Below, in pieces: positions 25,405 through 38,320 of a stretch of DNA of 64,000 nt. Every line of letters begins with the position of its first letter. The stretch's first letter is position 1. Made by a program: the position numbers and the translations under genes. The DNA is from Callorhinchus milii (Eukaryota), in assembly GCF_018977255.1 (NCBI RefSeq), contig NW_024704743.1, positions 87,918,001 to 87,982,000 on the forward strand, in the 5' to 3' direction. The notes under the pieces were generated by a model. That model was not told where the DNA came from. It did not search any database and was given only the letters and a program-made list of their open reading frames with translations.

Positions 25405-25640
25405 TCGGACTACTTCACACAGAGGGTAGTGAGATTGTGGAACTCTCTGCCTGAAGTGGTGGTTGAATCAGATAATATAGATGCATTCAAGAGGAAGCTA
25501 GGCTTTCACATGAGGGAAAGGGGAATAGAAGGTAAAGGAATGGTTGGAGACTGGTGTGGAGTATAAATACTGGCACAGATTCGTTGGGCCGGCTGCCTGT
25601 TTCCATGCTGTACATTCTTTGTAAATGTTCTTTGTAAATC
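25405..25640 (+). mobile_element. CR1 3' end
   Basis: ttcacacagagggtagtgagattgtggaactctctgcct (FTQRVVRLWNSLP) and ttctttgtaaat repeated tail. Confidence 0.85.
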
Positions 25641-25713
25641 TTGAAACTTACACAAATATATCAAGTTGTCCATAGACATGTAGTTTCCAAAGGGACCTGA
25701 GGCCTTCAGAGGT

Positions 25714-26117
25714 CAGACTGGCTCATTTAATACAATTCTTACCTCGGGGTGAGAAGGTTGCTGTTGAAGCCTCACATCGAGTCTAGGCTGATACTCCAGT
25801 GAAGCTGGGGAAGCGCAGCATTGTTACAGGTGCAGTACTTCGGATGAGACACTAGATCAAGGTCCCGTCTGCTTCTTCAGATGGACTTTAAAGATCCCAT
25901 TCCACTATTTGAAAAGCAAACAGTTTCTCCTGGCCAACAATCCCCAGATAAAATTGGTCATTCCCTTTTTGTGGAACACAGCTGTGAGCAAATTGGCTGA
26001 AATGTTCGCTTACAAATACATAATGACTTCATGTAACAATAAATCCTGTAAAGCTCTTTGAGATGTCCTCCTGACATTAAAGTTGCTATGTCAAATGTAT
26101 GGGTTATTTTTATTATT
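25714..26117 (+). mobile_element. Full-length decayed Deu-domain SINE
   Basis: aggctgatactccagtg...cggatgagac...ggactttaaagatcccat core with L2-type tail. Confidence 0.85.
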
Positions 26118-26700
26118 TGCTGCAATTCCATGTGAAGTGCTTTGAGAGGTTATAGGTACTATAGCAAAAATGTATTATTTGATATTAAAGCGCACACCCT
26201 GCTTTTCAGTCAGATTTGGAGTCTCTGGAACCACGAGGTGAAAGTGGAACAAGGAGGTGAAATTCTGACTGACGATCAGGGTATGTCTCAATCAGTTTTT
26301 GCAGATTTATTTTTAACCAGCTCCTTTGTCCTGTGTTTGTATTCTGCTAGCTGTTAATTGGAACTACCATGAAGGTTAACATTAAAAAATCAACCAATGA
26401 GCACTGCATTTAGGTCTCCAAAAGAGTTATTCTTACATTTTAACATCCTGAACAAACTGTTAAGCTACAAACATACTGACATTAGTGTTTCAATATCTAT
26501 TGTGATAAATCATGTAACTTCACATTAGGAAACCTTATAGAGGATCTGTAGATAAATATGTTGAAGACATCTGAAATGACGCATAAATCTTGTCTTTGAA
26601 ATGTTCTGCCCAGAGTGAACTGAAATCTTTAACCACTTATTGACAGTGGTACATACCACTAAAATATTAACATCGGAATAATTATTTCTGTTTACACCTT

Positions 26701-26885
26701 AAATTACATAGACTTTACAGCATGGAAACAGACCTTACAGCCAATTTATTCCATGCCGGTATTTATACTTTATATGAGCCGCTATCCCTCCTCTCCCACA
26801 TCTCTGTTTTCCCTTCTCCCTCAAGTAAACATCATGTTTCCTCTTAAATATGTTGATGTTTTCTGCTTCAACCACAGCTTCCAGT
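26701..26885 (-). mobile_element. CR1-type 3' tail
   Basis: aattacatagactttacagcatggaaacag...ccatgccggtatttat. Confidence 0.7.
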
Positions 26886-27280
26886 AATTATAACCAGTCT
26901 AGGGGCGAATGGCACACTCCCAGCAAGTGTAAGTACTGTATATTCAATGTGATATATACCGAATGTACCCCCATTGTGGGGAATAATCCTGATCTGTAAT
27001 GAATGATTCAATACATGGCAATACAATCTTGATGTGACATGATTACACTTTGTGCTGCACTCATAGCTCTGATCAGTGCCACACTCCATAGCACTATAGC
27101 ACATACTTACCAAGCCTTATATGATGCTTTACAGTGTTAGCGATGCATGTCAATAATCAATGCCCTGTTGATCAACTGTGGCGATGCAGGTGCTAATATT
27201 TTGATCATATTTGAGAAACATGGTCAGTGAATGAACAATAATTCCTACTCAACCAGGTTCAGATAATAAATTCCCAACGA

Positions 27281-27791
27281 TAATAATAATAATCTTTGCA
27301 TTTGGTATACCCCTTATCATGTCATTGAGATGTCACAAAGGTCTTTAAGAGATTTTGTGTGAAGACAGTAGTTGTAGGCAAACACAGCAACCAATTTGCA
27401 CACAGCAGTGTCTTGCACACAGCAATGTCCCACAAATAGCGTGAAGTGAATGAACCAATTTTTCAGGGAATTGTTAGCCAGGATACTTCGAGAAACTCCC
27501 TTGTCTTTTCGAAAAGTGACATTGGATTTTAATGTCCACCTGAGCAGGTAGACAGGACCTCGGTTTAATGTCTTATCCAAAGAACGAACACCTATAATAA
27601 TCCTTACATTTGATATAGCGCCTTATCATGTCTTCGAGACGTATCAAAGCGCTTCACAGAATATACTGTAAAGTGAATTGATTATATATTTTTGCAGAGT
27701 GTCAGCTGAGACTGTGAGTTCAAAATACGAATGTAGGATTTCAACCCATCACCTACTGACCTAGAGGTAAGCATCTAGAGCCAGGCTGACA
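27281..27791 (-). mobile_element. Deu-domain SINE with a younger SINE tail nested at 27593-27695
   Basis: Tail-core-head order interrupted by taataatccttacatttgatatagcgccttatcatgtcttcgagacg... Confidence 0.85.
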
Positions 27792-28584
27792 ATGCTAATA
27801 TTCACCTTTTTTAACTTGTTTGTATTGAACAGTAGCAAGAAGGCATGTTAAAGACAACACCCTCCACCGACTCTGTACAAATGTTTGCAGATATAATACC
27901 TATTTGTATCTGAATAATGTTTAAAGATGATTACAATTCAGCTTTGGAAAAATAAATGTGCATTCACATCCACTACTAAAATCATCGTGAATAATAAGAA
28001 TTTTTAACTGATCAGTTTGATTAGTTGAGGCTAATGTAATGAACATAGCATCTCAACTGTCTGGAAAGCATTATCAGTCATTGAATGAACTGGATTGTGT
28101 ATAACACATTAAAAATTTTAAAAAAATAAATTACCTTGTCAGAAATTGCTACCAATAGACTTCCTCCAGTGTATAAATCCCTAAAAGGAAACACCTGTGT
28201 AAATGCATATACTGTTACTCAAGGGGGTTATTTTAATTCTACACCAGTGTACTGTGCTGGCTCTGCCCTGTGCGGCTTTTTGAAACACTAAACGTCTGGG
28301 GCCTGAAATGCCACTGATTGGTACAAACAGGCCTAAAGCCAGTTTAATAAACCGTCTGAAATAAAAGTAGCGACATTGCGCAAACCCACATTTTTTGTCA
28401 ATGGTGAAAAACACAAATTTACCTGTGTCAATAAAAAACATAGAAAGCACTATAATCTTCCTTGATGAGTGTTTAACACTATGCTACACTACACTATCCT
28501 ACTGAAGCATTTTAACTAATCATTGGTAATTTAGAAATCTGAAAATGCTGTTAATCCGGCTGTAGAGTGGTGAAAATGTCATCA

Positions 28585-28745
28585 TAATAATAATTCTTGT
28601 GTTTGATATAGCGGGTGCAATGTCAAAACATTTCAAAGACCTTCACAGGAAATTGTTGTAAAATGTAGTAACTGTGTATTTATAGAAAAACATAGCAGCC
28701 AATTTGTTCATAGCAATGTCCTACAAACAGCAATGAAGTGAATCA
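28585..28745 (-). mobile_element. SINE 3' half
   Basis: taataataattcttgtgtttgatatagcg...gcagccaatttg...caaacagcaatgaagtgaat. Confidence 0.7.
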
Positions 28746-29928
28746 CAATGGCTGTGAGAACTTGCCTCCCATGAGATCTGATGTCAGAGATGAGGTTGAA
28801 TGGATCTGGGTAGGAGACATGGAGTCCCTTCAGCAGATGCCTTTCATATTTCAGAGTACTTTTTTCAGCTTTTCTAGAGGAATGCTTCTTTTCAACCCAG
28901 TCTGAAAGACTCACTTGGCTCCCTTTATATGATATCTGAAGATGATCAATCTGACTCTGTGATAAAATAGCTTACATTTTTTTCTGTTGCCGTAAAAAAA
29001 AAGACTTAGAATATTGCATTCCTTGGGAAAGATATGTACAAAAGATTACCTTTTAACCTCCAGCAGGAATCTTTTTAAATTGCATTGACATGGGGAAAAG
29101 GGGATTCTTTTTCACCTGAGGTTAAGCAATGTCATTGCTATATAATGTAAGTCAACTGCTCTTTGAAGTATCAATATCAAGTTTCTATCTCCTTTACTCA
29201 GTGCAGTTAAAAGTGATGCTTACTTTTATAGATGCCGATAATGGGGCACTCTGTTATCCCTTCTGGCAGTGGAGACGGAACAACCAAACTATTAAAAATA
29301 AACATCTGTTTTTATTTAATGCTGTTGTCTTACTATAATCGCAGTTTTCTGATAATCCAGTGAATGGTGTCTGTCACAGTAAAACGTTCTAAAGTAAGTT
29401 TGTTTCTACATTTTGTTTGCAAAATGGATTTAATAACCATCATTTTATGTTCATTCATTTTAAAAAGGTGCAACCACCAAACCTTTCAAAGTAAAATTAC
29501 ACCGGCTTCTCTTGGGCTGTTCATCTGTGTCAATCATAAAATGTCAAGTGTCTTTCTTTATATAAAAAAAACTGTAGCCTATTTGGGTCAGAAAGAATTT
29601 TGCAGAGGTTTTCAGTTTTTTAATTTTATTATATTATTTAATTTACAGATTAAATCTCTCTCCCCTTCTTCTTGACAAACCCCTCATCAAAAGAATGACA
29701 TTTAGTGACCTACACTCTGAAATCTCGGAGTGCTAGTGTCAGATTCTCAACCACCAGTTCAGTTTTTGCAAAAGAAACACTTTAACTTTCTTAGCATCAA
29801 AATTAAAGCATTATCATCTTGAAGGTAAAATACCACAACGATTGATGAAGCTGTTTGTAGTGCTACTACAGAATACCATCTGGATTTTCAAAGAAAGCGA
29901 AACAAGTGAGTTATTCTACATTTACAGA

Positions 29929-30787
29929 ATAACGTCAACAAGACTGAGGCTCTCCTGACTAGCTCCTGTCAATGGCTCCTCACCTCAAGCGTTGACAGCA
30001 ACACCATCCATGGTTGCTCACTCCACCTTACTAAGCCAGTCCAGAACCTTGGCATCTTGTTTGACCCTCAACTGTCCTTTCTACCCCATATCCGTACCAT
30101 GACCCACTCTGCCTTCCTCCAACTCCGCAACATCGCCTGGCTCTCCCACTGTCTCATACCGCAGGCCACCGAAACCCTCATACATGCATTCATTACATTG
30201 AGGCTTGACTATGCAAACCCCTTGCTTTTTGGCTTCTCTAGCTCCTCCCTCCATAGGCTGCAGATCATCCAGAACTCTGCAGTTCGTGTCCTGTCCCGCA
30301 CCAGGCTCTCTGACCCTATCACCCCCAACCTCGCCCAACTTCACTGGTTTCCCATCACACAGAGGATACAGTTCAAGATCCTGGTCCTCAGCTTCAAAGC
30401 CCTCCATGGTCTTGCTCCCCCCTATCTCTGTGATCTCCTAACACCCTACCATCCTGCCCACTCCATCAGCTCAGCAGGCTTCGGCCTGCTTCAGGTCCCC
30501 TGCCTTGCTCGCCCCACTATTGGTGGATGGGCCTTCTGCCACTCTGCCCCCACCCTCTGGAAGTCCATCGCGCAGTCCCTCCACCTCCCCCCCTCCCTTG
30601 CCTCCTTCAAGACCCATCTCAAGACCCTCCTCTTCGACCGTGCTTTCGATCACGCTGCTTCCCCCCCTGGCCTCCAACCTCCCCGATCCCAACCCCCAGC
30701 TCAAGTTCGAAACTCTGATTGTCCAGAACCTTGGGATGTCCTCCCGACGTAAAAGGCGCTTTACAAATGTAATTTTGTTGTTGTTGT
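29929..30787 (+). mobile_element. L2 LINE 3' portion with open 231-codon ORF2 C-terminus
   Basis: ORF 30057-30752 FDPQLSFLPHI...LIHAFITLRLDYAN...FKTHLKTLLFDRAF; (TTG)n tail. Confidence 0.95.
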
Positions 30788-31327
30788 TCATCACACATTT
30801 ATTACATCTAGGCTTGACTACCCCAACTCTCTGCTTGCTGGGCTTCCCAACTCCTTTCTCCACAAGCTGCAGATCATCTGGAACTCTGCAGTTCGTGTCC
30901 TCTCCTGCACCAAGCTCCGTGACCCTATCACCCCCACCTTCCCCCGACTCCATTGCTCCTTCCTATCTCTGTGACTTGCTAACCCCATATCAACCTGTCC
31001 GCTCCCTCCAACCAGCTGTGGCCTGCTCCAAGTTCCCCTGCCTGGCCTGCCGCACCATCAGCGGGTGGGCCTTCAGCCTCTCTGTCCCCACCCTTTGGAA
31101 TTCCATCCCACAGTCCCTTTGCCTCACTCTCTCCCTCGCCTCCTTCAAGGCCTGCCTCCAGTACCTCCTCTTCGACCGTGCCTTCGGTCACCTCCTACTC
31201 CTACCCTCTCTGTCCTCGAATCCTCCTGATCCCAACTCCCAGCTTGGGTCCAAATTCTTTACGGTTCAGCTCCTTGGGACATCCTCCCGACATGAAAGGT
31301 GCTATACAAATGTAATTTGTTGTTGTT
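30788..31327 (+). mobile_element. Second L2 3' fragment in direct tandem
   Basis: Restarts at cacacatttattacatctaggcttgactac immediately after the first tail and ends with its own tail. Confidence 0.9.
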
Positions 31328-31354
31328 AGATTGGAAATTACACCTCTGGCAATG

Positions 31355-31455
31355 TATCGCTCCCACTCGTACTGCATCAGAGTGCCAGATGAGTTCAAAG
31401 TTCCGATGTGCGGCTTGAACTCACAACCTTCTGACCCTCAGGTAACAGTGCTTCC
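31355..31455 (-). mobile_element. SINE head fragment
   Basis: ggcttgaactcacaaccttctgaccctcagg. Confidence 0.6.
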
Positions 31456-32090
31456 AAAAGAATGAAACATGCATGAAAAATTAAAACTTTTTGTGCATTT
31501 TTTGGACCAAGTTACATTGGTTCTTTTTACAGACTTTTGATTCCTACAGGAAATCCCTTCCTAGGATGTCAAAACCGTACCTAAAATCCCTTTGTTCTTT
31601 CTGAATTTCAGCCTGAGTCAGGTTTGTCCCTGATTGAACTCCACTGTACCACCTTTTTTGATTCTTTAACCAGATTTAGTTTGACCTTAGTCGGCACATT
31701 GATGGAGTATTTTCTAAACAGGCTTTGAATGTCGACTTGAACAGAATATTCTGTACAGTAGCAACAGCTGAAATAACAGCATCACTGAAATGGGTGTTTT
31801 GGAAACCAAAATATTTGCCATGGTGAACGTTTTCTTTTACATCTGAAGATTTTGTGTGGCTGTTGCCCTATTTTTGCAGTTTGCATGAAATGGCACAAGG
31901 CAAGTTTTGCACACATTTAGTGGCAGTGTATTCTTTTCAAAGAAAAAACACTATAGACGTGATGTTTGGGGATTGAGTCAGTTAACAGACATTTGGTGAT
32001 GAAAGGATTGAAAGGGACTTTACTTGTGTTTAACAAATTTGTTTTAAAAAAATTGACCTGATATTTTATCTGAACTAGAGCTGCATTTGT

Positions 32091-32435
32091 GGGGTCCTGT
32101 AGCTCAGTGGTTAGAGCACTCACCTTGCAAGTGGAGGACCTGGGTTCAATTCCCGGGCAGGTTGAAACGTTGAGCAAGTTTCCTTACTCCACACATCTCT
32201 GTTCACCTAGCAGTAAGTAGGAACCCAGTTATTAGTCAATTAGCGTTATTAATCTCTTCTCATGTCCTGACTAACAATCGCCAAGATAAAATTAGCTTTT
32301 TACCTCTTGGCCTTTTTGTTGAGCATTTCTCTGTGTGCATTTGCTTCCACATTCACCCCTACAAGTACACAGTCACTACACTTTAATTACTGCAAAGTGC
32401 TTTGACATTAAAGGTGCTTTAATGCAAGGATTACT
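32091..32435 (+). mobile_element. SINE with tRNA-Ala(TGC)-like head
   Basis: A box tagctcagtggttagagc, loop cttgcaa, B box ggttcaattcc; no acceptor-stem 3' strand; continues into SINE body and tail. Confidence 0.85.
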
Positions 32436-32539
32436 GTCGTGATTAAATGAGACAGATACAAACTGTGTAACACACAGTATAAATTTTTTTGTAACAATTC
32501 AAATAGATTTCATTGCCTTCCATTGTGGGTGTTGCTTGT

Positions 32540-35392
32540 ACTCCATCCACATCATCTTACAAAATGTCCGCTCCGTCTTCAATAAAACACTCACCATCCA
32601 AAACCTCATTGTCGACAAAAACATCAACATTCTCGCCCTCACTGAAACCTGGATCACTCCAGGTCACACCTTCCCGCTGACAGAGGCCACATCACCCGGC
32701 TACACCTTCCATTATCCCCCACGACCTAACTGACGTGATGGTGATGTGACTCTCATCTTCCGGTCCCCGCTCAGTCTATCTCCTTACTTTTCTGAGCACC
32801 TTACCCTTTATCACCCTTACAACCTTTTTCTCAAAATTCTCCTTATCTATCGCACCCACCCAAGCCCTTCCCCACCTTCTTCCCCAACATCCCATCCTCC
32901 TATTTTCCCTCTCCCTCTGCTCTGAATGCCTCCTCATCCTAGGCAACTTCAATCTTCACTTCAGCCCCTCCTATTCTACCTCTGATTACTTCTCCTCCCT
33001 TATCTCCTCCCTCAACCTCTCCCTCCACATCCAGTCTGCCACCCACATCCGCGGTCACCCACTCGACCTGGTGATCACTCGGAGTCTCACCATGTCGGAC
33101 TTCACCATCATTGACAAAGTGATCTTGGACCATCATTTCATCTCCCTTAACTCCTCAATCCCTCTCCTCACCGCCACCAAACCCACCTCCATCTCCGACC
33201 AACCCTGGAAAAAAATCTCCCCCCCCCCTCCCTCTCTTCTGCCTAGGAGTCACCTGAACTCCTTCCGCAATGACTTATCCTCCTCGGTCACTCTTCTTCA
33301 CAACTCACTCTCCTCCACTCTCGATTCCTTTGCTCCCCTCACTTCCTGAACCGTCTCCTAATCACGAAAGTCACCATGGTACACCAGCCACCTCCGCTAT
33401 CTTAAAGCACAGGTGATGCCGCTGAACACACCTAGTTTAAATTGAACTTAACGGTCCACTGGCAGATCTTGCTGGACCTTATCAAATCTTACAACTCCAC
33501 CCTTGCCTCCGCTAAATCATCGTTTTACTCCATGACAATCTTGGAGGCCAAGGACAACCCCAGGCTTCTCTGCTCCATCACCAACTGGTTCCTCTGCCCA
33601 CCCTCTCACGCCTCACTTATCCTCACCTCTACTGCCAACTGCGAGGCGATGCTGGTCTTCCTTGAATCCAAAGTCGGGGGGAATTGCTAGCTGCCTCTGC
33701 CCTTCCGTCTACTATCACTCCCCATCTCCCACTCCCACTTTGCCCTCTACCCATCCCTTCCTCCACACCTTCGAACCTGTCTCCCACTCTTCTCTCACCA
33801 CCACTATAACCCATATGAAACCGACCACCTGCTCCCTCGACCCCATCCCTACTCCTCTCTTTACCTCCCAGCTTCACCTCCTTTCCCTCTACTCACGGAC
33901 ATCATAAATCTCTGCATGTCCACTGGTACCATTCCCACCCCTTTAAAAATGGCTGTCATCACTCCTATCCTTAAAAAACCCTCCCTGGACTCATTCCCGC
34001 TCTCAAACTACCAACCCATCTCCAACCTATCTTTTCTCTCCAAGGTCCTGGAACGAGCCATTGCTTCCCAGCTTCGCTCCTTCCTCTCCCACCACTCCCT
34101 TCATGAAAACCTCCAATCAGGTTTCCTTGTGGCCCACAGCACAGAAACAGCCCTGGTTAAAGTGACAAATGACATTCTGTTCATCTGCGGCCAGGGCTCC
34201 CTCTGCTTCCTCGTCCTCCTTGACCTCTCTGCTGCCTTCAACATCGTTGACCACTTTATCTTCATCCACTGCCTCTCTTCTTACCTCACCCTTCATGGCT
34301 CTATCCTTGAATAGTTTAGATTGTACCTCTCACACCGCCTCCACTTCATCTCCCCAAACGGTTTCTCCTCTAGCATCGTCTCGTGCGGTGTTCCTCAGGG
34401 CTCTGCCCTTGGTCCTTTACTCTTCAGTATCTATATGCTCCCTCTTGGTGATATCATCTGCAGACAGGGGGTCAACTTCCACATGTATGCGAATGACACC
34501 CAACTCTACCTTTCTGCCTCCACCGTTGACTCCAGGACCACTGCTGTCCTGAAAGAATGTCTGTAGGACATCAAGTCCTGGATGAGAGCTAACTTTCTTC
34601 AGTTGAATGTCAACATGATCGAGGCTCTCCTGATTGGCTCCTGTCAGAGCCTCCTCATCTCAGGCGCTGACAGCATCACCATCCATAGATGCACACTCCA
34701 CCTTACTAAGCTAATCTGGAACCTTAGCGTCTGTTTGACCTTCAACTATTCCACATCTGTGTCATGACCTGCTCTGCCTTCCCATCGCAACATTGCCCGG
34801 CTCTGCCACTGTCTCACACCGCAGGCTGCCAACCCTCATACACACCTTCATTACATTGAGCCTTGTCTATGCAAACTCCCTGCTTGTTGCCCTCCCCAAA
34901 CTCTCCCTCCATAGGATGCAGATCATCCAGAACTCTGTAGCCCATGTCCTCTCCTGCACCAGGTTCCGTGACCCTATCACCCCCGTCCTCACCTGACTCC
35001 ACTGGCTTCACATCACAGAGGATACAGTTCAAGATCCTGGTCCTCACCCTCTAAGCCCTCTGGCCTTGTTACCCCCTATTACCTGTGACATCCTAACCCC
35101 CTACCATCCCACCCGCTCCCTCTGCTCAGCAAGCTCCGGCTTGCCTCATGTGCCCCGCCTCGCCTGCCCACCATTGGCGGGGTGGCCTTCTGCCACTCTG
35201 CCCCCACCCTCTAGAACACCATCCCACTGCCTCACCCCCTCCCTTGCTTCTTTCAAGACCCATCTCAAGACCTTACTCTTCAACCGTATTTTCAATCACC
35301 TTCCTTCCCTCCTTGCCATCCATCCAACCTAATCCCGACTTCCTCCTGACATGAAAGGTGCTATACAATTGTAATTTTGGAGTTGCTGTTGT
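32540..35392 (+). mobile_element. Near-complete but disrupted L2 ORF2 (AP endonuclease + reverse transcriptase)
   Basis: [87 protein letters not shown]; many stops and frameshifts; L2 tail. Confidence 0.97.
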
Positions 35393-38052
35393 AGGTAATT
35401 TTCATAGGTAAGCGCACCGAAGATGCTATCTGTGTGAAGGGTGCTATATGAATGATAATTGTTTGTTGATGTAATTTTTGTTTAACTTCAAAATGTAGTT
35501 GCCCAGAATATTTTCAGAAGAATGTTGTGTGAATATAAGTGTGCCACTTGAGTCTAGGCATTTCCTGGTCTTCAGTTAATGTGGCATTATTATCGCTGAT
35601 GGTGCAGATCTATAAATGCCACCATATGGGCTATGAAAACTAGTTGCACTGATGATATCCCACACATGTCAGAGATGGTATGTATTGTTGGCACTTTCCC
35701 TCAACAGAAACAAGCACAGCTTTGCATGCTTCGGCAGATGGCTCGAGATGTGATGCCAGGGTAGCAGTGAATTAAAGGTTATACCCACCAGGTTTGAAGC
35801 TCTGCCAGTTTGGGTTGGTACAGAAGCTTCTGCCCACCTGCTTATCAGCCTCAGGACAGCTGGCATTTTTTTTTAGATTGAGCCGAGTGCTGTGGGGAAT
35901 AATCATCGTCTGTTAAGCAGTTTCTGTTTTTGAGTCTTATCAAAAAATACATGCCAGAGAATTGCAGACTGTGATAAAATGGGGGGAAAAAATGATTTCC
36001 TGCTATTTTTACTTTTAACTACCGAGTATTTTTTCAAGTGAAGAATTTATTTTTATATATAAACTTAAACAGTGAAAAGACTTCAAACAGAATAGTTAGT
36101 AAAATATCTAAGAGCTAAAGTTTTAAAAAAGGTTTTTTGAATTTGTTTGTCATAACCAGAGTGTAAAATATATTGCATGGCTACAGTTGTTAGAATCCAG
36201 AGACTTTCTCATGTTAATGGCATAGAAAATAGTAAACGTTAGTTAAATAAATGCAATAAACTACAAATCCACATTAATTGTCTGCTTCTACTCACAGCAA
36301 ACCACTAACACTTGAATGCATATGCAGTTCATGATATGAATTGAAACATTCGTGGCACCAAACTCTTTTCCTAACTGCTCGAAAACTGCAAAAATGAGTT
36401 TGAAAGTAAAGTAATTATGGATTACTGTATTCTCACAAAAAATGACCTCCGATTTTGTTGTGCATATAGAAGAGCATTACAATATAATGAGCTGGAATGA
36501 TGGAAATGGATGCCGTCAGGGCTTGTAGTAGTTTGTAAGTGTCTTTTGACAGAAGAAATATATGCTGTGCCGTGGCCATGATGAAAAGCAGCCCTGTTTA
36601 TGATTTCAGTCCAGCTGCCTTATTGATAGATAGAATCTCTAACACATGGTCCAGGTGGCTTCTAAAGCTGATTCTCTGCAGAAACTTCTATTTGTACATC
36701 TTAAACCATTTATTGGGTTGGAACAGGATTTTCTGACTAAGTGCGGTTACAGAGTTCAGTGCGGTGATTGTGCTGCAAATCCAGGTTTTACGTTTTATTC
36801 ATAAACAGTTTTCATGCTGTTTTGTTTTCCTCTTGGTGCCAGCCCCCTAGAGTGGTCACAACTATCTACATTTTTATCTGGGATGCAATGCTAGAGCTTT
36901 AAATGAGTTGCAAAATGGTTTAAACATTTGATGTTTGATTTAGATACATTGTTCTCGCTCTCACTGAACAGAATTGAGATCTCAGCTGCCAAGTTACTGA
37001 TGGATGTTTTATGTCTGGTTTCCTTAACCGTGAATTTGACCTTCAGTATTTACTTTGCTTGTTCAATGGAGCGAAAGAAGTTGTCTAATTTTTTTTCCTG
37101 CATACCCAGCATACCAACACAGATTCCAGCTATACTTCTCTATGTAATCTTTAAAAGCTTTCTTGCATTGCTAATTCACAGTGAAGTCAGACACAGTAGC
37201 TCAGTAAAAGTGGACAGAACTAAAGCAATGATTCACATTGTTTGTGTGTATGTTTTTTCCTATTCTTATTTACTGAGTTAATGTGAATAGATTACTCTAG
37301 CTTTACCCTGAAGTACTTGTATCCTTATTTTGCCAAGTTTTTTTTAAAATCTGTTTTTTTCTTCAAACTGAAGTTTAAGATCACCTTCCAGTTAAATAAT
37401 TATGTGCTGTCTAAAAAGTGTCTGTGGTTCCTTGCAGAGTCCACATGCATTGTATAGACATTGCTTTCAATGTTTTATTCTCAGTCAACTGGGAGCTGTA
37501 AAATGTTGCCAGAAAGGGTTGATGTGGAGTGCTAAAGTGCAGTAAAGAACCTGTTAATAATGGGAGACATTGATATGTTTTCACTTAAAGAACTATAGTA
37601 AATGTAAATTTTTTACGCTACTATTGCAACCAACACACTTTGATTGAACAATAAGTTGGGAGAACCATTGGCCTATTTTCAGACTTTGCTGGCTTGGTAT
37701 TTGCAATTTGCCATTTGAGAATCTCATACGAAATCTCACAATCCCATGTTCACTAGCGCAATTAATCCAATAAATTGATTTGAGTGTGTTACATATTTGC
37801 CACCAATGACAAATAAATTAAAAACAATTTTCTCCCTTTCCTGGCAGCAGTTGCACTGGTAACACAGAAGGGTCACACTCCCAACCAACGAGAAACATAG
37901 ATCTAATAGAGTAGATGCACTAAATACAAGAAAGGTTCATGAAATGTGAAATGTGTGATGTCCATGAGAAAGGTATCTGAACTTGTTTAATTTTTTCCTA
38001 CAGTTTGAGAGTGTTTTTTATTTCTGCCCCTCCAAGTGGGGCTAGTCCACTG

Positions 38053-38320
38053 ATGATTCAGATGGGACCATCTGTGCAGTAATCATTCCAAGAATTCTCA
38101 AGCATTGTTAGCAATCCATAGCATCGCTATGAACATTCGCCAGTTTTGGAGGATATGATGATGCTAGAGGAGGAAGCACCTGCTGGCCACCTCCCTTCCG
38201 AATTTGAAGAAAATAGAGGCTGGGGAAACAGGACGAGGAAGAGTTGGCACACAACATCTCAGCTATTCAAGGATTCTGGCACATCAAATAGCACTATTCA
38301 GCAATGCATTGAAACAATAG
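38053..38320 (+). mobile_element. Possible PIF/Harbinger transposase C-terminal relic
   Basis: Across frameshifts: FR..DH..Q.S...SSIV..IHSIAM, acidic tract LEEEA/EFEE, then TIQQC; weak resemblance only. Confidence 0.3.

Noticed and set aside
28220..28583. Possible old MITE
   Set aside because: Terminal complementarity too weak and no TSD found
30505..31329. 274-aa ORF as a host gene
   Set aside because: Spans two tandem L2 fragments, largely out of frame; C-rich DNA is stop-poor
32092..32165. Functional tRNA-Ala(TGC) gene
   Set aside because: No acceptor-stem 3' strand; runs into a SINE body also present at 12891 and 44601-44910
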